DNA of 64,000 nt from assembly GCA_951812825.1 (NCBI GenBank), contig OX638324.1, positions 4,977-68,976 of the forward strand, in the 5' to 3' direction. The translations under genes were made by a program, and so were the position numbers. This document shows positions 9,272 through 17,029 of the stretch, in pieces. The DNA is from an uncultured Dehalococcoidia bacterium (GTDB taxonomy: Bacteria; Chloroflexota; Dehalococcoidia; Lucifugimonadales; GCA-2712585). How positions within the stretch are numbered: position 1 is the stretch's first letter; the number at the start of each line of letters is the position of its first letter. The notes beneath the pieces are model-generated. The model had not been told where the DNA came from. It made no database searches and saw nothing but the letters and a program-made list of their open reading frames with translations.

Positions 9272-10252
9272 TTACTGCTTCAAAATTGTCTCGATGGCGT
9301 GTCTGACCAGGTTCTTGGTCAGAATCACCTTGAATCCGTTGTGACGCAACGGGCGGGCGTGACACAGCGCAAGCTCCGCTGCCTTGGACGACTCCACTTC
9401 CTTCACCGCCTGACCCACCAGATATTCCTCCGCCTTCTGCGACCTGTAAGGAACAGGCGCAACCCCGCCCAGAATCATCCTCGCCCTCGTCACCGCTCCG
9501 TCAGACACGCTCGCCGACGCCGCCACGCTTGCCAGCGCGAAGTCCTCACCCGTCCTGTCCTGCGCCTTCAGAAACACGCTTCTGGCATCAGAAGGCGGCT
9601 TCGAAACGAACACCCCCGTCACAATCTCTCCACGCTCAAGCACGTGCTCCTGCATCTGCTGCTCGTTAGGCCCTGCGAAAAAGTCCTCCAACGCCATCGT
9701 CCGACGTCCCCGTGGCCCGAAGGACTCCAGACGCGCGTCCATCGCAATGAGCGCTGGCGCCATGTCCGAAGGATGCACCATCACCGACGCTCCGTGCCCC
9801 AGAATTGCCAGGTTGCGGTTGTATCCGTTCACCCCGTAGCAGTGGACGCCGCCCTTCTTGTAGCACGGAAATCCAGGATGCCTGTAATACCAGCACCGGG
9901 GCCTCTGGCACAGATTTCCACCCAACGTAGCCACGCTTCGAATCTGCGTCGTCGCAATCGAACGGGCTGCTTGCGCCAGAATCGGATACTCACCGCTCAG
10001 ACGCTCATCTTCTGCCAAACTTCCCAACGTTAACGAAGCCCCCAGCCACACCCTATCCCTCTCCCAACGTACCCCTCCCAATTCCTCAACCCCCATCAGC
10101 GACACCAGCCTCTCCGGCCTCCGCAGCCCGTCCTTGAGCTCCGAAAGCAGGTCCGTCCCACCGGCGATAACCTCAGCCCTACCCGGCTCCTTCGTCAGAA
10201 GTGAGACCGCCTCCTCAAGGCTCTCAGGCTCCACGAACTCAAAGGGATTCAC
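9272..10252 (-). CDS. xanthine dehydrogenase family FAD-binding subunit with [4Fe-4S] insertion (PaoB/YagS-like)
   Basis: IAGGTDL, QIRSVATLGGNLCQRPRCWYYR..C...GG..C. Confidence 0.9.
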   Translation of the reverse strand: MNPFEFVEPESLEEAVSLLTKEPGRAEVIAGGTDLLSELKDGLRRPERLVSLMGVEELGGVRWERDRVWLGASLTLGSLAEDERLSGEYPILAQAARSIATTQIRSVATLGGNLCQRPRCWYYRHPGFPCYKKGGVHCYGVNGYNRNLAILGHGASVMVHPSDMAPALIAMDARLESFGPRGRRTMALEDFFAGPNEQQMQEHVLERGEIVTGVFVSKPPSDARSVFLKAQDRTGEDFALASVAASASVSDGAVTRARMILGGVAPVPYRSQKAEEYLVGQAVKEVESSKAAELALCHARPLRHNGFKVILTKNLVRHAIETILKQ

Positions 10253-12525
10253 GCCGCCTCTACCTTCCGGGCCAGCCCCTCCAGGACCTTGTCCGGCGTG
10301 AGCGGGATCTCGGTGAACCGTACTCCAACGGCGTTATACACCGCATTAATCACCGCAGCCGCTACGGGAACACTCGGCGGCTCCCCCAAGGCCTTCGCCC
10401 CAAAGGGTGCGATGGGGTCTTCGGTCTCCACAAAAATAGTCTCAATTTCGGGATATTGACCTATGGTCGGGCACTTGTGCTCGAGAAAGCTCCCATTCAA
10501 AGTGACTCCCGACGCCCCGTCAGTCACCAATTCCTCGCTCAGCGTCAGCCCCAGCGTCTGCGACACTCCTCCCTCCACCTGGTTGACGGCGGCTAGCGGG
10601 TTGATGATCCGCCCCGAATCGTGGGCCGCTACGTACCGGACCACCGACACGCTTCCCGTCAGCAGGTCCACCTCCACCAGCGCAAAGTGCGCCGCGAAGG
10701 AGTTGACTATGTAGTCCGCGCTTCCCGGTACCACCGACGCCTCCGCATCCATGAACTTCCCCGGCATCCTGCTAGCCAGAACGGCCACCGACTCCAGTCT
10801 CTCCCCACTTCCCTTGGCAACGATGAATCCCTCCGACACGTCCAACCCATCCTTCGCCCGCTCCAGGTACGTCGATGCCATATCCAGCAGCCCATTCCGT
10901 AGCTTCTCCGACGCCTCCTTAACCGCCAGACCCGCCGAAAACGTGGCCGTAGATCCCGCCGTTATCGGTGAATGGGGCGCAACATCGCTGTCCCCGCTGA
11001 CCACCCGCACCTCCTCATATCCGCACCCGAAGGCTTCCGCTGCCATCTGCCCCAGCACCGTATGCGACCCCTGCCCCACGTCCACAACCCCCGTGTGCAG
11101 ATCGACCTTCCCATCCCGCTGCAGAACCGCCCGCGCCGTCGACTCCCATCCCGGCCCCCCACGATAGATGCACGTCGCCATACCAACGCCCCGCTTCAGA
11201 TGCGGTTCGACAGCCTCCTCGACCGCGGTCCCCCAACCGATAGCCTCCGCTCCCCGCAAAATGCACTCCCGCAGCCCGTTGCTGGAGAAGGGAATCCCCC
11301 CCTCCACGGGCTGCGTGTCCACAACCAAGTCCCTCGGCGAAGTCCGACGCCCCAGCTGTCCCTCCAGGCCCACGTGGTTCATCAAGCGGAACTTCACCGG
11401 GTCTATCCCCAACGACTTAGCCGACTGGTCCATCAGCGCCTCCACAGCGAAGTGACCCTGGGGGGCGCCCAGTCCCCGGTAGGAACCCGCCACCGGCGAG
11501 TTCGTGTACGCCAGCCGACCCTCGTACCGCACGTTAGGGCATCGATACAGGTACAACCCTCCCTGCGCCGCCCTCCGAAGCTCTCCCGCCCCTGACGCCA
11601 GATACGCGCCCGTGTTCATCAACGTCTTGTTGTCAATTGCCGTTATCTCCCCACTCCGCTTGAGGCCAACCTTCAACTCGATCACCGCTCCGTGACGGAC
11701 GCGACCCGCAACGAACTCCTGATAACGAGAATACTCCAGCCGCACGGCTCGCCCCGCCTTCCGCGCCAAAACGGCCGCCAGCATGGCGCAGCGGCTCTCG
11801 TCCTTGGCCCCATACCCCGCTCCAAAGTGCGGCCCCACCACCCTGATCCTCTCCTCCGGCACGCCAAGGGCCGCCGACAGATGCGCCCTGTCCTGGTGCA
11901 CCCCCCGGCTCGTCTTCCACACCGTCAGCCTGTCCTCGCACCATCGGGCCACGGCGGCCCTTGGCTCCAACGGCGCCGCCGAATGGGACGCCACCACGTA
12001 CGTCTCCTCCAACACCATGTCCGCTTCTCGCAGACCCGCCTCCACATCCCCTCGCTCCAACACCAACGGCTCCCCACCCCACAGATTACCCCCCTCGTGG
12101 ATATCCGTCGCATCCGGTCGAAGCGCCTTACCAGCGTCTGTCTCGAAGGGCAGCTCTCGATACTCTACCCCCAGCAGTTCGATGGCCCGGTCGGCTTCCT
12201 CTTCCGTCTCAGCCGCCACGGCGGCCACCTCGTCCCCTACGAACCGCACCCGCGTGTCCAGCACCCTCATGTCCCCGGCAAACAGCCCCGAGGCTTCATC
12301 ATCAAAGGGAGTGAACACAGCGTGGACCCCGGGCACCGCCTCTGCCGCAGATGTATCCACGCTGACCACTTCGGCGTGCGGATGGGGCGAAAGCAGCACC
12401 CTTGCGTGGAGCATCCCCGGCAGCTTCAAGTCTGCCGTATACCGCGCCTCGCCCGTCAGCTTCTCCTCCAGCCCCCGTCGCACCACGGAGCGGCCCACTA
12501 CACTCAATCTCGCCATCACCCGCAT
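10249..12525 (-). CDS. xanthine dehydrogenase family molybdopterin-binding subunit
   Basis: KLTGEARYTADL, YRGLGAPQG, DVGQGS, VNQVEGG, GAKALGEP. Confidence 0.92.
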   Translation of the reverse strand: MRVMARLSVVGRSVVRRGLEEKLTGEARYTADLKLPGMLHARVLLSPHPHAEVVSVDTSAAEAVPGVHAVFTPFDDEASGLFAGDMRVLDTRVRFVGDEVAAVAAETEEEADRAIELLGVEYRELPFETDAGKALRPDATDIHEGGNLWGGEPLVLERGDVEAGLREADMVLEETYVVASHSAAPLEPRAAVARWCEDRLTVWKTSRGVHQDRAHLSAALGVPEERIRVVGPHFGAGYGAKDESRCAMLAAVLARKAGRAVRLEYSRYQEFVAGRVRHGAVIELKVGLKRSGEITAIDNKTLMNTGAYLASGAGELRRAAQGGLYLYRCPNVRYEGRLAYTNSPVAGSYRGLGAPQGHFAVEALMDQSAKSLGIDPVKFRLMNHVGLEGQLGRRTSPRDLVVDTQPVEGGIPFSSNGLRECILRGAEAIGWGTAVEEAVEPHLKRGVGMATCIYRGGPGWESTARAVLQRDGKVDLHTGVVDVGQGSHTVLGQMAAEAFGCGYEEVRVVSGDSDVAPHSPITAGSTATFSAGLAVKEASEKLRNGLLDMASTYLERAKDGLDVSEGFIVAKGSGERLESVAVLASRMPGKFMDAEASVVPGSADYIVNSFAAHFALVEVDLLTGSVSVVRYVAAHDSGRIINPLAAVNQVEGGVSQTLGLTLSEELVTDGASGVTLNGSFLEHKCPTIGQYPEIETIFVETEDPIAPFGAKALGEPPSVPVAAAVINAVYNAVGVRFTEIPLTPDKVLEGLARKVEAA

Positions 12526-13064
12526 CCCTCTCCGTCATTCCCACGAAGAGCCTGCCCTCGCGAAGGCCGGGGGCGGGAATCCATCTTTCCAGTCGCCGCC
12601 TTCACCCCTTCAAGAATCCGCCCGTAGGCGTTGCACCGGCACAGATTCCCCGCCAATGCTTCTCGAATCTCGCCCTCTGTCGGCGATGGATTTCTCAGCA
12701 GCAGCGCGTATGCGGCCATAACAAACCCGGGTGTGCAGTACCCGCACTGCCCCGCGTCCTCCTCCAGAAAGGCCCGCTGCACCGGATGCAGCCCTTCCTC
12801 GCTCGCCAGTCCCTCCACCGTCACCACTTCTTTCCCCCTGGCCTGCATCGCCAGCATCTGGCAGGCGTACACCGGCTGCCCGTCTACCGCCACCGTACAG
12901 GCGCCGCACTCCCCCCGGTCGCACCCCACCTTCGCCCCCGTCAGGGCCAGAACGTCCCTCAGCAGACGCAGCAGCGTCCAGTGGTGCGCCGCATCCACCC
13001 TTCGGGCGCGCCCGTTGACCGTCAATCTCATGGGTGAGACGTGTATTCCAGGCGGCTCAGACAT
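12516..13064 (-). CDS. xanthine dehydrogenase family (2Fe-2S)-binding subunit
   Basis: GCDRGECGACTV and QCGYCTPG..GNLCRC motifs; C-terminus extended through a REP element. Confidence 0.92.
   Translation of the reverse strand: MSEPPGIHVSPMRLTVNGRARRVDAAHHWTLLRLLRDVLALTGAKVGCDRGECGACTVAVDGQPVYACQMLAMQARGKEVVTVEGLASEEGLHPVQRAFLEEDAGQCGYCTPGFVMAAYALLLRNPSPTEGEIREALAGNLCRCNAYGRILEGVKAATGKMDSRPRPSRGQALRGNDGEGCG
12533..12584 (+). repeat. CGTC-type REP with nested 24-nt insert, lying in the coding 3' end of the 2Fe-2S gene
   Basis: CGTCATTCCCACGAA-[GAGCCTGCCCTCGCGAAGGCCGGG]-GGCGGGAATCCAT versus uninterrupted copy at 15389. Confidence 0.75.
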
Positions 13065-13170
13065 ATCGGGATTCTAGCACCATTGGAGCATCCATGAAAT
13101 ATGCCACCCGCTGCGTGACATTTCTCGCCCCTTAAGCTATGCTGGCTTCCAGACGATGTCGGAGGTGAGC

Positions 13171-14136
13171 ATGACTACGATTTTGGGAAGCGGAAACTGG
13201 AGCTACACCGTTGTTGAGGGATGGCCCCAGCTCCCCGAAGGGTTCCTTCTTGGCGACTGCGCCGGAGCCGTGGTCGACTCAAAGGGCCGCATCTTCGTCT
13301 ACACGCGAGGCGAACACCCCGTCGTAGTCTTCGATAGGGACGGGACCTACCTCACCTCCTGGGGCCACGGCGTCTTCGGTGGCACCCACGGCATCGCCAT
13401 AGCCCCCGACGACTCCATCTACTGCACCGACACCCAGCATCACGTCATCCGAAAGTTCACCCCGGAAGGCAAACTGCTCCAGACCATCGGCGGCCCCTCC
13501 GGCCGCTTCAGCGGCCGGCCCTTCAACCGCCCCGCCCATCTCGCCGTCTCCCCCGTTTCCGGCGACATCTTCGTCGCCGACGGCTACGGCAACTCCAACA
13601 TCCACCGTTTCAGCCCCGAGGGTGACCTGATCTACTCCTGGGGCGAGGCAGGCACCGGCGAGGGCCAATTCGTCGTTCCCCACAACATCGTCGTGGACGA
13701 AGACGAAAACGTCTTCGTCGCCGACCGGGAGAACCACCGAGTCCAAGTCTTCACCGCCAAGGGAGATTTCCTCGGCCAGTGGCCCGGTATCTGGCGCGCC
13801 GCGGGCCTGGACATGGACGCCGACGGCAACTTCTACGTCGCCGAAATGCCCCCCCATGTCTACATCATAGACGCCCCCAGCCTCGGTCACAGCGTCAGCA
13901 TCTACGATAAGCAGGGCAACCTGCAGACCCGCTTCGGTGAGCCCTCCCCTGGCGAGGCCCCGGGGCACTTCACCGCCCCCCACGGCATCGCCGTCGACTC
14001 CCACGACGACCTCTACGTCTGCGAAATGCCCCACGCCAACATGGGCCCCGAGTGGATGGAGGATGCCATGGGCCGCCACAACCCGGACCACGGGCCTCAA
14101 ATCAGGACCATCGTCAAGCTCGCCCGCACAAAATAA
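13171..14136 (+). CDS. NHL-repeat six-bladed propeller, peptidyl-alpha-hydroxyglycine alpha-amidating lyase-like family
   Basis: HGIAIAPDDSIYCTD..HH, FNRPAHLAV, DGYGNS, GQFVVPHNI, VADRENHRVQVF; GGAGGTG RBS. Confidence 0.85.
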   Translation: MTTILGSGNWSYTVVEGWPQLPEGFLLGDCAGAVVDSKGRIFVYTRGEHPVVVFDRDGTYLTSWGHGVFGGTHGIAIAPDDSIYCTDTQHHVIRKFTPEGKLLQTIGGPSGRFSGRPFNRPAHLAVSPVSGDIFVADGYGNSNIHRFSPEGDLIYSWGEAGTGEGQFVVPHNIVVDEDENVFVADRENHRVQVFTAKGDFLGQWPGIWRAAGLDMDADGNFYVAEMPPHVYIIDAPSLGHSVSIYDKQGNLQTRFGEPSPGEAPGHFTAPHGIAVDSHDDLYVCEMPHANMGPEWMEDAMGRHNPDHGPQIRTIVKLARTK

Positions 14137-14137
14137 T

Positions 14138-14175
14138 CCCTTCCCCCTTGACGGGGGAAGGTTAGGATGGGGGTG
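14138..14175 (+). repeat. REP-like hairpin CCCTTCCCCCTTGACGGGGGAAGG + GATGGGGGTG tail
   Basis: Inverted repeat; same family as 43398-43462. Confidence 0.6.
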
Positions 14176-14209
14176 GAACTCCCCAACAATTCCAACCGAG
14201 GTTCAAGAG

Positions 14210-15004
14210 TTGAAGAAAAACAGGATCAAGGAGCTTTGGCGTCAGGGCCGTCCGGCTGTCATGGGCTGGTGCTCCTCCGGCAACCCCTACATCGCCGAAG
14301 TCATGGCCCACGCCGGCTTCGACGCCGTTACCCTAGACTGGCAGCATGGCATCGGCGTCACCCAGGGCTCCATCGTCAGCTGCATCCAGGCCATCGGCAA
14401 CACCGACACCATGCCCATGGTGCGAGTGCCTAAAAACGATCCCGACTACATCTCCTTTGTGCTGGACGCGGGCGCTTACGGCGTCATCGTCCCCATGGTC
14501 AACACCCCCGAGGAAGCCGCCGCCGCGGGCCTGTCCTGCCGCTACGCACCCACAGGCAACCGCAGCATAGGCAGCAGCCGAGCCGCCCTCGCCAACGGCC
14601 AGGACGATTATGTAAAGTATGCCAACGACGAAATGCTCTGCCTGGTGATGATTGAGACCATGCAGGCCCTCGACAACGTAGATGCCATAGCCACGTCCCC
14701 CGGCGTCGATGGCCTCTACGTCGGCCCCAGCGACCTTTCCCTCGACATGGGCGTCAGCATCTCCGGCTGGGCCAACGACGAACGCCATCTCAACGCTTGC
14801 CGCCGCATCGTCGAGGCCGCCCGAAAGGCCGGCGTTGCCCCCTGCCACCACGGCGCAGGCCCCGACGTCTCCGCCGACATGATGGCCATGGGTTTCATGC
14901 TCTGCCACGTTGTTGGCGACGTCCGGACCATCGGGGCGGCCGCCACCGCCAGCCTCAACTCCTTCACCGCCGCCATGAACCAAAGAAACATCCCCTTCCG
15001 CTAA
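14210..15004 (+). CDS. HpcH/HpaI aldolase family protein
   Basis: AGFDAVTLDWQHG, VLDAGAYGVIVPMV, MIET, GVDGLYVGPSDL; TTG start 14210. Confidence 0.88.
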   Translation: MKKNRIKELWRQGRPAVMGWCSSGNPYIAEVMAHAGFDAVTLDWQHGIGVTQGSIVSCIQAIGNTDTMPMVRVPKNDPDYISFVLDAGAYGVIVPMVNTPEEAAAAGLSCRYAPTGNRSIGSSRAALANGQDDYVKYANDEMLCLVMIETMQALDNVDAIATSPGVDGLYVGPSDLSLDMGVSISGWANDERHLNACRRIVEAARKAGVAPCHHGAGPDVSADMMAMGFMLCHVVGDVRTIGAAATASLNSFTAAMNQRNIPFR

Positions 15005-15061
15005 CCCCCCTTGTATACACCAGAATTGAATCCACTCCCTATCTCCTGAGGAGGTGCCGCA

Positions 15062-15253
15062 GTGCCCAGCGAGGCCATGTTCGCTTTCATAGAAAAGTGC
15101 GCCAACAACGAAATGTTCCGCTCCGACCTCATCTCCAACCCCGCCCAGGTGCTGGCCGACGCCGGTCTGGAAGAAGAAGACCTGCGCTCCATCAAGCAGG
15201 ACGAAGCATGGGCCTGGCTCCGCGACCTCTGGAACGCCCCGCCCGGCTGGTAA
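15062..15253 (+). CDS. 63-aa NHLP/Nif11-leader-like small protein (Os1348/Franean1_4349-like)
   Basis: Strong GAGGAGGTG RBS, GTG start; FIEKC.NNEMFRSDL..NP..VL..AGL..E pattern resembling nitrile-hydratase-like leader peptides. Confidence 0.55.
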   Translation: MPSEAMFAFIEKCANNEMFRSDLISNPAQVLADAGLEEEDLRSIKQDEAWAWLRDLWNAPPGW

Positions 15254-15336
15254 CCCACTCCCCAACCAACATAGACACTCCAGTCACCACAGGCCCTCCT
15301 CATTCTTGTCATCGTGAAGAGAGGTCTTTCTATAAA

Positions 15337-15469
15337 CATCATTCCGGCGAAAGCCGGAATCCAGTCTTACCCCTTATCCCCGAAAACTCGTCATTCCCGC
15401 GAAGGCGGGAATCCATCTTCCCCCTCTCCCACATCCACACCTTGTAAGGGCGGGTTTGAAACCCGCCCT
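15337..15469 (+). repeat. BIME-like cluster of three palindromes (two CGTC/ATCATT-type, one GTAG-like)
   Basis: 15337-15365 ATCATTCCGGCGAAAGCCGGAATCCAGT; 15389-15419 CGTCATTCCCGCGAAGGCGGGAATCCATCTT; 15443-15469 GTAAGGGCGGGTTTGAAACCCGCCCT. Confidence 0.8.
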
Positions 15470-15486
15470 CCCTATCCAACATCCCC

Positions 15487-15522
15487 AAAAAGAAAAGACG
15501 CCGACGAAAATCGCCGGCGTCT
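15487..15522 (-). terminator. intrinsic terminator of the RdhA-like gene
   Basis: AGACGCCG/CGGCGTCT stem followed by a T-rich tract on the minus strand. Confidence 0.65.
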
Positions 15523-15546
15523 CTGCAGTTTCCTTAACCTTGTGGA

Positions 15547-16827
15547 CTAGGCTTCTTCGGGCATCACCGCGAACATGGAGTCCGTCTCCGGCTCCGCCAG
15601 AATCTCCTCCACCCGTTTCTTGAACGATCGAAGCGCCTCGTCTCCCGCAGGCCCGTCCGGTATCTCGTGGTTGCTCAGCTTTTCCTTGAACTGCTCGAAC
15701 AGCAAGTCCTCCGACCGGCCATGCGGTATCTCGAAGAAGTCATGGTTGAAGTGGGGAAGCTGTCCTGGCCCAAAGTAACCCTTACCCTCGATGCTGAAAC
15801 CCTCCAGCTCGTGTGATCCCTTGCCCAGCACCTCGCCCGTCTCCACGTAGTGCTCCATGACAGGCTTCATGCCGTACTTCTGAATGGGGCACACCTTCAT
15901 GCACACGCCGCAGCCGGAGTAGCGCGCCATCACGGGCCTGCACCGCTCGTAGACCAGCTTGTGCTTCTCGACGCCCCTCCACCAGACCTTGTCCCGCATC
16001 AGCGCGCGTCCGGGACACCGGTTCACGCACACCTGGCAGACTTCACAGAACTTGTGGATGCCGTAGTCTACGGACTGGTCGTAGGTCATTGGCGCGTCCG
16101 TGGTGATAACCATCAGGCGGGCACGGGAGCCGAAGTGGGGCGAAAGCAGTTGCCCGTTGGCCCCAAGCTGACCCAGACCCGCCGCGACAAACATGGGGAT
16201 GTAGGGCGCGCTGTTGTCGTTGGGGCTGTGCACCTGCGCGTGATAGCCCAGGCTGCGGATGTAGTCCGCCATCATCAGTCCCAGCTGGCTCATCGTCCGG
16301 TACGTCCCGAAGTGAGTGTACTCGGCAAAGCTGCTGGGTATCGACTGGGTCCGCTCGTAGTCCTGCTCATAAGCCAGGCAGATGGCATGCTCGAACCTGG
16401 TCCATCGCTTCTTGTACTTGAACGTGTACCGCCGGTCGTAGCGGGTCATCCCCACCTCGCCGAAACCAAGCTCGCGGGCCTTTGTCTTGATCTCTTCCGT
16501 AACGTCCTTGCCAGTCGGCGCGGCAGTGGGAGCCACGTCTGCGGAGGTGGCGGCGGCGTTCACCACCGGCGCCTGCAGCCGCTCGTGCTCCAGGTGGGAC
16601 TCTTCCTCCTCAGGGCTGTAGACCGTCCACACCCAAGACCGGTCGGCGGTGTATTCGATGTTCTGGCTCTCCAGGGGATAGGACCGCGAGTAGAAGTCCA
16701 CGTCCTTCTGGTTCTGTCGGATGCCGGGGGTGGTCACCAAGTCCTCGGCTACCGGAATCTCATAGTCCGGGTCTTTTAGTCGAAGCCCAGGGCGCTTGAC
16801 AACATGGCTAACCTTCTTTGTGGTCAT
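15547..16827 (-). CDS. reductive dehalogenase-like cobalamin/2x[4Fe-4S] protein without TAT signal
   Basis: ADYIRSLGYHA, PMFVAAGLGQLGANG.LLSP.FGSR.RL.VITTD.PM, FCEVCQVCVNRCP and C-x9-CGVCMKVCP. Confidence 0.8.
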   Translation of the reverse strand: MTTKKVSHVVKRPGLRLKDPDYEIPVAEDLVTTPGIRQNQKDVDFYSRSYPLESQNIEYTADRSWVWTVYSPEEEESHLEHERLQAPVVNAAATSADVAPTAAPTGKDVTEEIKTKARELGFGEVGMTRYDRRYTFKYKKRWTRFEHAICLAYEQDYERTQSIPSSFAEYTHFGTYRTMSQLGLMMADYIRSLGYHAQVHSPNDNSAPYIPMFVAAGLGQLGANGQLLSPHFGSRARLMVITTDAPMTYDQSVDYGIHKFCEVCQVCVNRCPGRALMRDKVWWRGVEKHKLVYERCRPVMARYSGCGVCMKVCPIQKYGMKPVMEHYVETGEVLGKGSHELEGFSIEGKGYFGPGQLPHFNHDFFEIPHGRSEDLLFEQFKEKLSNHEIPDGPAGDEALRSFKKRVEEILAEPETDSMFAVMPEEA

Positions 16828-16864
16828 CTTTCCCCCTTATGAGCGGTTTTGGACATTGTCCCCA

Positions 16865-16914
16865 AGAATACTCTCGCATATAGTCAGTGTCAACATAAAT
16901 CATGATGAATTATG
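16865..16914 (-). promoter_or_regulatory. sigma70 promoter (TTGACA-17-TATTCT) with abutting 21-bp palindrome
   Basis: -35 at 16888-16893, -10 at 16865-16870; CATAAATCATGATGAATTATG at 16894-16914. Confidence 0.7.
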
Positions 16915-17008
16915 GAAGCTTGGTTCATTGGGCAAACTCTCTACGTAATCCGTAAATCAATCAATACAGAGTGCCGCCCTTTAACACTGCGATGTAACCG
17001 AATGAACC

Positions 17009-17027
17009 GAAGCTGCCAACCAGCTTC
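17009..17027 (-). terminator. probable terminator hairpin after the NHL gene
   Basis: GAAGCTG/CAGCTTC 7-bp stem immediately after stop at 17030. Confidence 0.45.
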
Positions 17028-17029
17028 TC

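Noticed and set aside
15337-15469. CRISPR array
   Set aside because: The palindromes are dispersed, of several families and without regular unique spacers; no cas genes
15547-16827. queG (epoxyqueuosine reductase)
   Set aside because: Lacks the GCD.CQ..CPWN motif; the second cluster spacing is RdhA-like; not fully excluded without a phylogeny
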